A stretch of 64,000 nt of DNA from an uncultured Rhodospirillaceae bacterium. Lineage in GTDB: Bacteria > Pseudomonadota > Alphaproteobacteria > Rhodospirillales > Rhodospirillaceae. The stretch is from positions 433,694-497,693 of the forward strand of contig CBFCWI010000001.1 of assembly GCA_965601685.1 (NCBI GenBank), given 5' to 3'. Positions 48,193 to 57,915 of the stretch are shown one piece after another (the stretch's first letter is position 1; each line of letters opens with the position of its first letter). Both the position numbers and the translations under genes were made by a program. The notes beneath the pieces are model-generated. The model was not told the DNA's origin, ran no database searches, and worked only from the letters and a program-made list of their open reading frames with translations.

Positions 48193-48969
48193 TTAATTGC
48201 ATACACAGCTAAATGTAGAATCTGGACAACCCGTGTTTTCGTCTGCTAGCACGGCGAGAGCTTGGCGCAGATCAAGACAGCCGTCGTAAATGGCACGGCC
48301 AGTAATAACGCCGCTCAGCTTCGGCACAGACTGAGCAACAGCCTGAATTGCCTTTAGGTCTTCTAGACATGACACACCTCCTGCGACGATGACAGGTATC
48401 GTGATCCGTTTAGCTAACTCTGCAACTGTTACGAGATTTGGGCCAGACATGACACCATCACGGTCAATATCAGTATGGATAATGGCCGCTACACCGGCGT
48501 CTTCAAACCGAAGCGCTAATTCTACTGCTGTCATGGATACAGTTTCCCTCCATCCTGCTACGGCTATTCTGCCAGCACGGGTATCAACGCTCACCGCCAC
48601 CTGGCCAGGGAAGAGACGACAAGCTGTTCTCACTAACGCTGGATCGTACAGGGCAGCTGTTCCCAGTATCACCCTTCGTACTCCCTTTTCCAGCCAGAAA
48701 GCGATGCGTGCTAAATCGCGGATACCGCCGCCCAGTTGTACAGAGAGAGTAACAGCTGTCAAAATCGCCTCGACAGCAGTTGCATTGACAGGCTGGCCAG
48801 CAGAAGCACCATCTAGGTCCACCACATGCAACCACGTGCAGCCGACCGCAGCAAAGGAGCGAGCCTGCTCGGCAGGAGCCGTATTAAACACCGTCACCTG
48901 CGTCATATCACCTTGCAACAGGCGAACACAGGCACCATCTTTCAGGTCAATAGCCGGAAACAAAATCAT
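48193..48969 (-). CDS. hisA: 1-(5-phosphoribosyl)-5-[(5-phosphoribosylamino)methylideneamino]imidazole-4-carboxamide isomerase
   Basis: MILFPAIDLKDGACVRLLQGDM and a C-terminal phosphate-binding GVITGRAIYDG. Confidence 0.9.
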   Translation of the reverse strand: MILFPAIDLKDGACVRLLQGDMTQVTVFNTAPAEQARSFAAVGCTWLHVVDLDGASAGQPVNATAVEAILTAVTLSVQLGGGIRDLARIAFWLEKGVRRVILGTAALYDPALVRTACRLFPGQVAVSVDTRAGRIAVAGWRETVSMTAVELALRFEDAGVAAIIHTDIDRDGVMSGPNLVTVAELAKRITIPVIVAGGVSCLEDLKAIQAVAQSVPKLSGVITGRAIYDGCLDLRQALAVLADENTGCPDSTFSCVCN

Positions 48970-49094
48970 TCTGGCTCCCTGTGTTGTGCGTGAGGCTCAG
49001 ACGGTCAGAATATAGGGTGAGTTCAGACAGGAGTACAACACAAGTCATCTCTCCGCAAGTGCCAGCAGCGGCGGAGGGGAGCAATATTGTGACT

Positions 49095-52000
49095 ATGCCT
49101 CCGACGACTGCTATGTTGCCCCTCACAGATCCTACGTACGCCCAGCGTCAAGCGGCTAATCCGGGCGCGTCAGTATGGGTAGCGGCCTCAGCTGGGTCAG
49201 GGAAAACAAAAGTATTAGTAGATAGAGTACTACATCTATTACTTAAAGATGTGCGTCCGGAACGCATTTTATGTCTCACTTTCACCAGGGCTGCAGCAGC
49301 AGAAGTGGCCAATCGTATTAATCAGCGGTTGTCGCAGTGGGCTACATTGCCAGCGCCCATGCTAGCCGCGGATCTAACTTATTTGCAGGGAAACCCACCA
49401 GATGCAGCTATGAAAGCACAGGCACGGCGACTGTTTGCACATGTGCTTGATGTCGGTATACGGATCGAAACATTACATGCCTTTTGCCAGGCTTTGCTGA
49501 AAAGATTCCCGCTCGAAGCTGGAGTGGCACCACACTTCCAAGTTATGGATGAACATGCCGCTGCAGAGTCTATGGCAGCTGCCTGGGATCAGACGCTGCT
49601 AACCGCCTGTAACAAGACCAACTTAACGCGTGCCGTTGCCCTGGAGACGGTCACGGCTCTTGTACACGAAGTGCACTTTCCTGAATTGATGGATGAACTG
49701 GTCACAGCCCGTAGCCGGCTACAACGCTTACTTGACCGGTGGAATGGAGTGGATGGCGTCATAGCAGCTGTCCGCGCTCGGCTGGGCGTAACTGCGAACG
49801 AAACGCCGTCTCATGTGCTCGCTACAGCCTGTACAGGCTGCGATGCTCCTGCCCTACGGGTCGCCGCGGTCGCGCTGCAGACAGGTTCTAAAACTGACAT
49901 TGAACGGGGGAAGATCCTAGCTACTTGGTTGGCGGAACAGGCTCACCGTGCTGAGACTTTCGATGACTACTGGAAGGTTTTCTGCACAGGTAAAGGTACG
50001 GTACGTAAAACTCTTATCACGCGGGAGGCCGCCAAAGCAGCACCCATGGCTACCAAGACCCTAGCCGCTGAAGCGGAACGATTAGTGCAAGTCCAGGCGC
50101 GGCGCAAGGCTGCTGCCGTCGCAGAGGCAACCACGGCTCTCCTGCATCTGTGGGCGGATCTGTTAGCAGCTTACCGTAACTACAAGGATACACGGGCGCT
50201 TCTGGATTACGAGGACCTGATCTTCATGACCTGCCGCCTGCTAGAAACTGAAGGGCAGACGGCATGGGTGCTCTATAAGCTCGATGACGGTCTTGACCAT
50301 ATCCTCATAGACGAAGCGCAGGATATTAGTGCTGAGCAGTGGCTCATCGTTGAGCGTCTCACTCAGGAGTTTTTTGCCGGCCTTGGCAGTCGTACGGATC
50401 ATCAGGCCGAGGTAGTGCGGACTGTATTCGCTGTTGGTGACCGCAAACAATCTATCTATAGTTTTCAAGGAGCGGCGCCTGAACACTTTGAATCTATGCG
50501 GAGCCTGTTGCGGGATCAGGTGACTGCCGTGGGCCAGATGTGGGCAGATGTACCACTCAATATATCATTCCGATCTACACCGGCCGTACTACAGGCTGTA
50601 GATGCTGTCTTTATGCGTGACACAGCACGCGAAGGTGTTGCATTATCTGGAGAAACAATTAAACATATCGCATTCAGGGATGGACAAGCAGGTTTAGTTG
50701 AAATTTGGCCATTAATAGAACCAGAAAAAATATCAACTATCGTACCGTGGCAACCAAAAACATTTAATTTCCATAAAGAAACATCTATGCTGCGTCTTTC
50801 CAGACTGGTGGCACACCAAATAGCTGCTATGGTCAGTGGTTACGACTGGTTAGAATCGCGCCAAAGGCCAGTACAGGCTGGTGACATTATGGTGCTGGTG
50901 CGCCGTCGCAGCGGTTTCGTTGAGGCTCTCGTCCGAGCTCTGAAGAGCCTGAATGTTCCTGTCTCTGGTGTAGACCGTATGATTCTCAGAGAACAAATAG
51001 CGATTATGGATCTGACAGCCCTCGGCAACGTCCTGCTGTTGCCTGAGGATGATCTGACTCTGGCAGCAGTGCTCAAAAGCCCTTTGATCGGCCTTGACGA
51101 AGAGCAGCTGTTCACTCTTGCCCACCCGCGTGAATCCTGCACACTGTGGCAGGCTTTGCAAAATTATGCCGGGTCTGCCACTCCGTTCGGCTACGCCTGT
51201 GACTGGTTAACTAGACTATTGACAGAGGTAGACTACCGCCGCCCGTATGAACTGTATACTCATGTGTTAGGAGCACTCGGTGGACGCCGGCGGCTGATAG
51301 CCCGTCTAGGACCGGACGCCGAGGACGCCATAGACGAATTCCTGACATTGAGCCTACACTACGAGATGTACCACGTGCCCTCGCTACAAGGTTTTCTGCA
51401 GTGGCTTCAAACTACCACGGTTGAAGCTAAGCGTGATTTGGAGCAGACAGGAGCTGAGGCTGTTCGTATTCTGACCGTGCATGGTGCGAAAGGGTTGCAG
51501 GCACCTGTTGTTTTTCTGCCAGACTCTGTGCAGATCCCTACTCGGATCCCCCATACACTGTGGGAGGACAGCGAAGAGGGTCTAGTTTTCTGGCAGCCGC
51601 ACCGCGCGTTGAAAAACCACTTTGGTTCCAGCCTGCGGGACATGGCAGAAAGGGCACGCGACCGTGAGTATCACCGTCTTCTATACGTGGCCATGACTCG
51701 GGCAGAGGATCGTTTATACGTGTGTGGCTGGCAGACTTACCAGCTCCCGCCGGCTGCTTGCTGGTACAATCTCATCCACACAGCCCTTGCACCTCTTGGT
51801 AGGAGGGAGATCAATGCTACCCTAGCTGCAAGCGGTCTATTACCGTCAGCAGAGGTACTGCGTTTTGCGAGCGTTCAGGCAGAGGCAACAGGCAAGACTG
51901 TTGAGGAACGGTTTTCTGAATCCGTCAAACCGTTGCCGCTCCCGCAGTGGGCCAAGACTGCTCCGCCGATTGAGCCCATGCCGCCACGGCCTCTAGTGCC

Positions 52001-52574
52001 GTCGCAGCCGAATGACAAAGAACCACCCGCATCCTCCCCTTTAGAAGAGGAGCAAGAAGAGGAGCAGAAGGGTATGCGTCTCCATCGCGGTCGTCTGGTA
52101 CATAAGCTGCTGCAAAGTCTCCCAAGCATACCGGCTGAAGAGCGCTCAGCGACTGCCCAGCGCTACCTTGATCACGCCGCGGCTGCTCTTCTGTCACCGG
52201 CAGCGCGTGTTGCCCTAGTGGCGGACGTACAATCTATAATATGTCATCCAGAACTTCTTCTTCTATTTGGTCCAAATAGTCAGGAAGAAGTACCCGTAGT
52301 GGGGCGAGTGGGTGCACATGTGATATCAGGTCAGATAGATAGGTTAGTAGTAACGGAAGAGGTAATCATCATTGCAGATTACAAAACTCATCGAACACCA
52401 CCAGAGAGTCTTCACGAGATTCCTGTAGTCTATCGGCAGCAGATGGCGGCTTATCGGTCAGTGCTAGCCGCCATCTATCCAGGCCGTCGCGTTGATTGCG
52501 TGCTGGTATGGACGGATGGGCCACAGATAACGCTCTTACCAGCCGCATTGTTGAATCCTTTTACTCCCTCATAG
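49095..52574 (+). CDS. addA: double-strand break repair helicase AddA (alphaproteobacterial type)
   Basis: UvrD-like motifs (AASAGSGKTKVL, ILIDEAQDIS, VGDRKQSIYSFQGA, LTVHGAKGLQAP) and a C-terminal PD-(D/E)xK nuclease (GQIDRLVV...IIADYKT). The start could be ATG 49095 or GTG 49089. The ORF track opens at 48981. Confidence 0.88.
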   Translation: MPPTTAMLPLTDPTYAQRQAANPGASVWVAASAGSGKTKVLVDRVLHLLLKDVRPERILCLTFTRAAAAEVANRINQRLSQWATLPAPMLAADLTYLQGNPPDAAMKAQARRLFAHVLDVGIRIETLHAFCQALLKRFPLEAGVAPHFQVMDEHAAAESMAAAWDQTLLTACNKTNLTRAVALETVTALVHEVHFPELMDELVTARSRLQRLLDRWNGVDGVIAAVRARLGVTANETPSHVLATACTGCDAPALRVAAVALQTGSKTDIERGKILATWLAEQAHRAETFDDYWKVFCTGKGTVRKTLITREAAKAAPMATKTLAAEAERLVQVQARRKAAAVAEATTALLHLWADLLAAYRNYKDTRALLDYEDLIFMTCRLLETEGQTAWVLYKLDDGLDHILIDEAQDISAEQWLIVERLTQEFFAGLGSRTDHQAEVVRTVFAVGDRKQSIYSFQGAAPEHFESMRSLLRDQVTAVGQMWADVPLNISFRSTPAVLQAVDAVFMRDTAREGVALSGETIKHIAFRDGQAGLVEIWPLIEPEKISTIVPWQPKTFNFHKETSMLRLSRLVAHQIAAMVSGYDWLESRQRPVQAGDIMVLVRRRSGFVEALVRALKSLNVPVSGVDRMILREQIAIMDLTALGNVLLLPEDDLTLAAVLKSPLIGLDEEQLFTLAHPRESCTLWQALQNYAGSATPFGYACDWLTRLLTEVDYRRPYELYTHVLGALGGRRRLIARLGPDAEDAIDEFLTLSLHYEMYHVPSLQGFLQWLQTTTVEAKRDLEQTGAEAVRILTVHGAKGLQAPVVFLPDSVQIPTRIPHTLWEDSEEGLVFWQPHRALKNHFGSSLRDMAERARDREYHRLLYVAMTRAEDRLYVCGWQTYQLPPAACWYNLIHTALAPLGRREINATLAASGLLPSAEVLRFASVQAEATGKTVEERFSESVKPLPLPQWAKTAPPIEPMPPRPLVPSQPNDKEPPASSPLEEEQEEEQKGMRLHRGRLVHKLLQSLPSIPAEERSATAQRYLDHAAAALLSPAARVALVADVQSIICHPELLLLFGPNSQEEVPVVGRVGAHVISGQIDRLVVTEEVIIIADYKTHRTPPESLHEIPVVYRQQMAAYRSVLAAIYPGRRVDCVLVWTDGPQITLLPAALLNPFTPS

Positions 52575-53502
52575 ACTGAGCGTCCTGACTCCAAGACAAA
52601 CAGCCAGCTCAATATCGTCGCGTCGTCGAGGGGCAATCTGCAGCCTCGGAGTTCGGAAACAGCCCCATGTTAGCAGATTAGAAGAGCAGAGTGTTGCAGT
52701 GGCAGCATGCTCTCAATGCTCTCATGGTGGTCAAGGATGACCTGTGATGTGCAGGTGTGGCCACGTGATATGATACGGAGACTCGCAACTAGACAAATGG
52801 CTAGAATTTCACCGGACAGGCTCCTAGGACATGCCGATTCCTGTCATGTCAGGCTTGTGCCTCCTCGCTTGCCCAGCGGCGGCGTCACCCTCACTCCTAT
52901 GAGGATAAGGATCGCTAAAACTGTATGAGATTCAGAAGTTCCCGCAATTCTCGCTAACGCAGATTGATCTTGGGGTTTCTGGGCGTGATTTACCATGTGG
53001 TTGGAGCAAAGTGCATGAGAAGGTGCCCAGGGTGTCGCTGCTCCCAAACGTGGCCTGTTGACACACTGCTTGTTCAGAGAGCAAGTGTTCCACTCCAGCA
53101 ATGGTAGGCATGATTCGTTGATTTCCAGATCTTTGACCTGCTGATTCCTTGGTAGAGCAGGCAATTTTGTTGATTGTATACAACAAGTATACTCTATCAA
53201 TCGCGACATACAAAAATATTGAAGTTCTTTAATACTTACTCATTTAGTGTATTCTCCTATTTTAGGAGCGCCGTGAGCACTCAAAGCAAGATAGGCTTCA
53301 CAGAATGTCATGTTCTGGAATCCCTTACCCTCCATGAGGAAACAGGTGTTGAATGCATGAAACATGCTTACCATGCTCGCGAAGACTAGGGAAGGCGCTA
53401 ACCAAGAACTCCGTATGCTTGGTTCCAGGATGATTGAATTACGGGCAGGTACTCTTCCAATAAAAATAAATGTAAATATTTTATTCTTTTTAAGAAGCAG
53501 AA

Positions 53503-54969
53503 ATGGTTATGCATACTGCATTGCAAATAGCTAGTAAATATATGCCCGTTCTTTCAGAAGTATTACGGCGTTCACATCCATTGAGAAAACTAAAGGATAT
53601 TATTATTTTACATGTTAATCACTGTTTAGATGACGTATTTATACTTGATCAACTCTTTAATACACTTTTCATGCAATCCATCTTCGTCGTTGTGCCATAC
53701 AAAATGATTACGGTCCCCAGCAATTATCCGGGCACCGTGTATTATGCTAACGTCGGGGAGAATGGCTTTGAGCTGCTGTGCTCAGGGCAAGTGATAGCGA
53801 AGCGCGTTCAAACTTTTGGTGAAGCCATAGAAGGGCTCGTCTATAGAGCCCTGCGGGATGCAATCATCCCCGCGTTGGCTGGCCGTAAGAAGCTCCTTCT
53901 GATAGAAGATGGTGGGTATCATTACCGTTCGTTATTTCAATGTTTCAATGAAGGATTCCTCTTACCAGAAGATGTGATAGGCGTTGTTGAGCAGACTATG
54001 TCAGGGGCCATCCGTTGTGTGGAAGCGATACGGAAACGCGGCATTCCCTATCCGGCTCTGACAATCGCCCGCTCGGACGCGAAGATGCGCTATGAGGCCT
54101 TTTTTATTGGTCGTCGTGTCGTTGAGGAACTGGCCTATCTTCTTTATCGCTACGATGAGTTTTTAGCCTTACGGCGCGTGCTGGTGATTGGGTATGGCAT
54201 CATTGGACGCAACGTCGCCCTCAGTCTAGGAGGCATGGCATGTAGGGTTACAGTACTAGATACCAACCGTGAAGTCTCCGCCGTTGCTCAGGCTGATGGT
54301 TACGAGGTTCTGCCAAGAGATCTGACTGGTTTTTTCGATACAGAGGTTGTCGTGATCGGGGCAACCGGAGAGTCGTCTTTCACACTTTCCATGCTAGCTG
54401 CATTTGCCCATGCGCCTTCGAAACGAATCTTTTTAGTCAGTGCGTCATCCAGAAGGAGAGAGTTCAAAGAAATCATCCAGTTCTTCGAAGGGGGAGGCGA
54501 AAAGTATGCCAGCTTTTTGGAAAGAGACGCACGGTTGGTGGATATTCACCATATCAGCGTTGAGAGCGACCCCTCAGGGCTGACTTACAGATTCAAATGC
54601 GGTAACAGCAAAAAAGCTGTCATCCTGATTGCACGTGGCTTTCCGGTAAACTTCTTCCGTGGGGATGGCTTCAGCCTCACAATGAGCATGATTGATCCTG
54701 TCAATGCCGAACTCGCACTTCTCGCCAACTATACAGCCGTTTCCGCGAGCGTCTTACAGAAGAATTGCCTGCATGTCCTAGGGTCTTCGCCTCTGCCTGG
54801 GCTTCCGGTCAACGAGGAGGAAATCCTATCTCTTTGGATGGAGCAAAAGGGTATTACGCAACCCTTAGGTAATACTCAAGAATGGTATGGCTTTCCCGTG
54901 CATCCTGTAGAAAGATACCTGAGGCTCCGTTGCCTGGATGATCCAAGGATTGTCCCACAGACATCGTGA
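53503..54969 (+). CDS. divergent S-adenosyl-L-homocysteine hydrolase (AdoHcyase)-fold NAD-binding protein, function unknown
   Basis: 488 aa. Colinear block similarity to AdoHcyase, aligned from memory: MPVLSEV/MPGLMAL; ILHVNH/CLHMT; IEDGGY/DDGGD; VEQTMSG/EETTTG; YPALTIARSDAKMRYE/FPAINVNDSVTKSKFD; VLVIGYGIIGRN/VVAGYGDVGKG; ADGYEV/MEGYEV; VILIARGFPVNF/IILLAEGRLVNL. No search was run. Confidence 0.6.
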   Translation: MVMHTALQIASKYMPVLSEVLRRSHPLRKLKDIIILHVNHCLDDVFILDQLFNTLFMQSIFVVVPYKMITVPSNYPGTVYYANVGENGFELLCSGQVIAKRVQTFGEAIEGLVYRALRDAIIPALAGRKKLLLIEDGGYHYRSLFQCFNEGFLLPEDVIGVVEQTMSGAIRCVEAIRKRGIPYPALTIARSDAKMRYEAFFIGRRVVEELAYLLYRYDEFLALRRVLVIGYGIIGRNVALSLGGMACRVTVLDTNREVSAVAQADGYEVLPRDLTGFFDTEVVVIGATGESSFTLSMLAAFAHAPSKRIFLVSASSRRREFKEIIQFFEGGGEKYASFLERDARLVDIHHISVESDPSGLTYRFKCGNSKKAVILIARGFPVNFFRGDGFSLTMSMIDPVNAELALLANYTAVSASVLQKNCLHVLGSSPLPGLPVNEEEILSLWMEQKGITQPLGNTQEWYGFPVHPVERYLRLRCLDDPRIVPQTS

Positions 54970-55020
54970 AATACGTTTTTCCTCCTAGGAGAAGCTCCAT
55001 CGCAAAACGGTGTGTAACGT

Positions 55021-56877
55021 CTAACTGGCATCATCGATCCACCACGTCCATAGGTGATTACTAGGCACAATTGCGGGATGTTTTAGCTTGCGCCAATAGG
55101 CTACACGGTCATAGCCAACGTACCAGTGTGGAACAACAAAGTGACTCCATAGTAAGACCCGATCGAGTGCCCGCGTCCGGGCCACTAGGGATTCGTGATC
55201 AGGTGCCGCGATGAGCATCTCTATTAACCAGTCAATGATCGGTTCCCTGATTCCTATTATGTTGTTACTACCTTTGGTATCAGCAGCTGCGCTGCCCCAG
55301 TAATCGCGCTGTTCATTACCGGGACTCTGAGATTGTGGCCAATGATAGACCAACATATCAAAATCAAAGGCCTGGACTCTCTTTTCATACACGGTGGGGT
55401 CTACTATGCGCACTTGCATGGTGATGCCTAGCCGCTTCAGATTGTGGGCAAATGGCGCTGCAACCCGTTCCCAGATCTGGTCGTCAAGCAGCAGCTCAAA
55501 CATGAAGGGTTCCCCCGTCTGCTCATGAATGAGTGCCTGGTTCTGAATCGTCCACCGACTCTCCTTTAATAAGCGTATAGCCGTTTGCAAGTTGTCACGA
55601 TTATTTCCCGAGCCATCTGTTGTAGGTGGTGCATATACTCGAGTCAAGACTTCCTGCGGGAGTCGGTTGCGCAATGGCTCGAGGATTTGCAGTTCCTGAG
55701 GGCCCGGCAAGCCGCTTCCCGCAAGGCTGGAGTTGGAGAAATAACTGTTGCTTCGTTCATATTGACTATAGAATAGATTCCTGTTTGCCCACTCGAAATC
55801 GAAGGCATACGCTAGAGCTTGCCGTACCCGTGGATCCTGGAATAACGGTCTGCGGATGTTGAAAGCAAAGGCCTGCATGCCTTGTGGTCTCTGGTGTTGC
55901 ATTTCTTCCTTGATGACCCTACCAGTTTCTACTGCCGGAAAAGAGTAACTGGCTGTCCATGCCTTGGCGCTGTTTTCGATACGAAAGTCATAGGCACCAC
56001 CTCTGAAGGCTTCCAAAGACACTGTGAAGTCACGATAATAATCAACACGGATGGTGTCGAAATTGTATAACCCCCTATTCACAGGTAGGTCACGTCCCCA
56101 ATATGTGGGATTGCGACGCAATAAGATGTAGCGACCCGCCTCAAAGGATTCGATCCTGTACGGACCACTGCCAAGGGGCACTTCCAAACTTGCCTCATCG
56201 AACCGCCGCATTGCCCAGTAATGCCTTGGCAACACTGGCAATTGTCCGAGAATCAAGGGTAATTCATGGTTGACAACACCGGGCTTGAAGACAAAACGGA
56301 CACGCTGATCGTTTTCCTTTACTGCCTGGATCACATCAGCGTAATACGAGCGGTAATGCGGTAGGCCTCTGCTCCGCAACGTTTCGAAGGTCCATACTAT
56401 ATCGTCAGCGGTGATAGGTTCGTTGTCATGCCAATGGGCCTGCGGGCGTAGATTAAATGCTACCCACGAGCGGTCAGATGGTATTTCTACCGATTCAGCG
56501 ATGAGCCCGTACGCGCTTGTTGGGTCGTCGTGGGCCCCGACCATCAGCGTTTCGAACACGAGCCCCCCCACCATCGTGAAGGGTTGGCCTTTGATGATAT
56601 ATGGATTAAACGAATCGAAAGTGCCCACGTGTGACAATCTGACCTCACCTCCTTTTGGAGCGCTTGGGTTCACGTAATCGAAGTATCTGAAATCCGGTGG
56701 GTATTTTGGCTCACCGTGTGTAGTCACAGCATGGGCTGGTAGTGCTCGTTCAGCAGCCACAGCTGTGGGGGGACAGACGATCGCTAAAAAGATAAGGATT
56801 ATGAGGAGTCCCCTTGCGAAATGCAGAGGAAACAACAACGCACAGAATGCCTCTTGTGGCACTTTAGACCTAGTCAT
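55021..56877 (-). CDS. ABC transporter periplasmic substrate-binding protein, family 5 (YejA-like)
   Basis: Signal peptide, then HGEPKYPPDFRYFDYVNPSAPKGGEVRL and WGRDLPVNRGLYNFD blocks typical of YejA-type SBPs. Start set to MTRSKV (ATG 56877), overlapping the upstream gene's end as ATGACTAG. Confidence 0.8.
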   Translation of the reverse strand: MTRSKVPQEAFCALLFPLHFARGLLIILIFLAIVCPPTAVAAERALPAHAVTTHGEPKYPPDFRYFDYVNPSAPKGGEVRLSHVGTFDSFNPYIIKGQPFTMVGGLVFETLMVGAHDDPTSAYGLIAESVEIPSDRSWVAFNLRPQAHWHDNEPITADDIVWTFETLRSRGLPHYRSYYADVIQAVKENDQRVRFVFKPGVVNHELPLILGQLPVLPRHYWAMRRFDEASLEVPLGSGPYRIESFEAGRYILLRRNPTYWGRDLPVNRGLYNFDTIRVDYYRDFTVSLEAFRGGAYDFRIENSAKAWTASYSFPAVETGRVIKEEMQHQRPQGMQAFAFNIRRPLFQDPRVRQALAYAFDFEWANRNLFYSQYERSNSYFSNSSLAGSGLPGPQELQILEPLRNRLPQEVLTRVYAPPTTDGSGNNRDNLQTAIRLLKESRWTIQNQALIHEQTGEPFMFELLLDDQIWERVAAPFAHNLKRLGITMQVRIVDPTVYEKRVQAFDFDMLVYHWPQSQSPGNEQRDYWGSAAADTKGSNNIIGIREPIIDWLIEMLIAAPDHESLVARTRALDRVLLWSHFVVPHWYVGYDRVAYWRKLKHPAIVPSNHLWTWWIDDAS

Positions 56878-57709
56878 TGGTGTGCCCCTGAGGTTGGCAG
56901 GCATTGAGCAAAGCTAGAGCGTGATGATGCACGCGGCGATCCCCAGCGGCCAGTACGCAAACATTAGAGGCTAAACCAGCAGGTTGACCCTTGCAATTAC
57001 TGACCACGCCGCCAGCAGCCTCAATAACAGCTGTTACAGGTAAATGGTCATAAACTTTTAATTGACACTCGTAGACTAAATCGATAAAACCCGCGGCAAG
57101 CAGGCCGTAAGCATAGCAATCCGCTCCAAACCTGCGCAGTCCGACGGCTTGCTCCAATCGTTTCCACGCTGCCTGGCCAACAGGGGAATAGCAGAACATA
57201 TCTGGATCAGTAGCGTACAAAAAGGCCATTTTCAACCCATGACATGAACGGACATGAATGGGCTGACCGTTAAGCTGAGCTGGTACACCCCTGCCGCCAA
57301 TCCAGCGCTCGCCGGTAATGGGTTGGTCGATGATGCCTAATACTGGCTGCCCTCGCCATGCGAGGCCGATCAGTGTACCAAAGGACGGCTTGCCGGTAAT
57401 GAAAGCCTTGGTGCCGTCGATCGGATCAAGCACCCATACCCACTCGGCAGAGGTATTCTCACCTCCATATTCCTCTCCAATGATGCCGTGCGTTGGGACC
57501 GTGCGATGCAAAAGCTCTCGCAGTGCGAGTTCAGTTTCGCGATCAGCGATGGTGACCGGGGAGTCGTCAGCCTTGTGGTCCACGGCCACGTGTGTGCGGA
57601 AATAACGGCGCAATATGATTCCACTGGTCTCTGCCATACGGTGAATCAGGGTGATGAGCGCATCTGGCAGAGAAGGCAGCACTGTAGTAGTCATCTGAAG
57701 TACTGTCAC
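56870..57709 (-). CDS. inositol-monophosphatase-family phosphatase (SuhB/HisN-like; possibly histidinol-phosphatase)
   Basis: IMPase motifs DDSPVTIADRETE, GEEYG and WVLDPIDGTKAFI. The HisN versus SuhB assignment cannot be made from motifs alone. Confidence 0.75.
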   Translation of the reverse strand: MTVLQMTTTVLPSLPDALITLIHRMAETSGIILRRYFRTHVAVDHKADDSPVTIADRETELALRELLHRTVPTHGIIGEEYGGENTSAEWVWVLDPIDGTKAFITGKPSFGTLIGLAWRGQPVLGIIDQPITGERWIGGRGVPAQLNGQPIHVRSCHGLKMAFLYATDPDMFCYSPVGQAAWKRLEQAVGLRRFGADCYAYGLLAAGFIDLVYECQLKVYDHLPVTAVIEAAGGVVSNCKGQPAGLASNVCVLAAGDRRVHHHALALLNACQPQGHTND

Positions 57710-57915
57710 CTAGGGCGGGCCATAGGGCAAGCACGGCTTGTGTGAAGCGGGTGTTTTAGGTTAGGTTGTAGCATGGAGAGGATTGAGTTTCTAATCAAGT
57801 TCGAGTTAAGCCAGAATCCTTCGAAGGAGTGTCCCATACGCGCTCACAGAGTTGGGAGAGTTGAGCCTTCGCTCTGTATTTTCTCGTGTGCCCCTCGTGA
57901 CAATGTTGAGTATTC

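Noticed and set aside
54986-54995. 10-nt palindrome CTCCTAGGAG between the convergent orphan gene and the SBP gene, considered as a bidirectional terminator.
   Set aside because: It is a perfect palindrome with no loop, has only a short stem, and has no flanking T/A runs on both sides. The evidence is insufficient for a terminator call.
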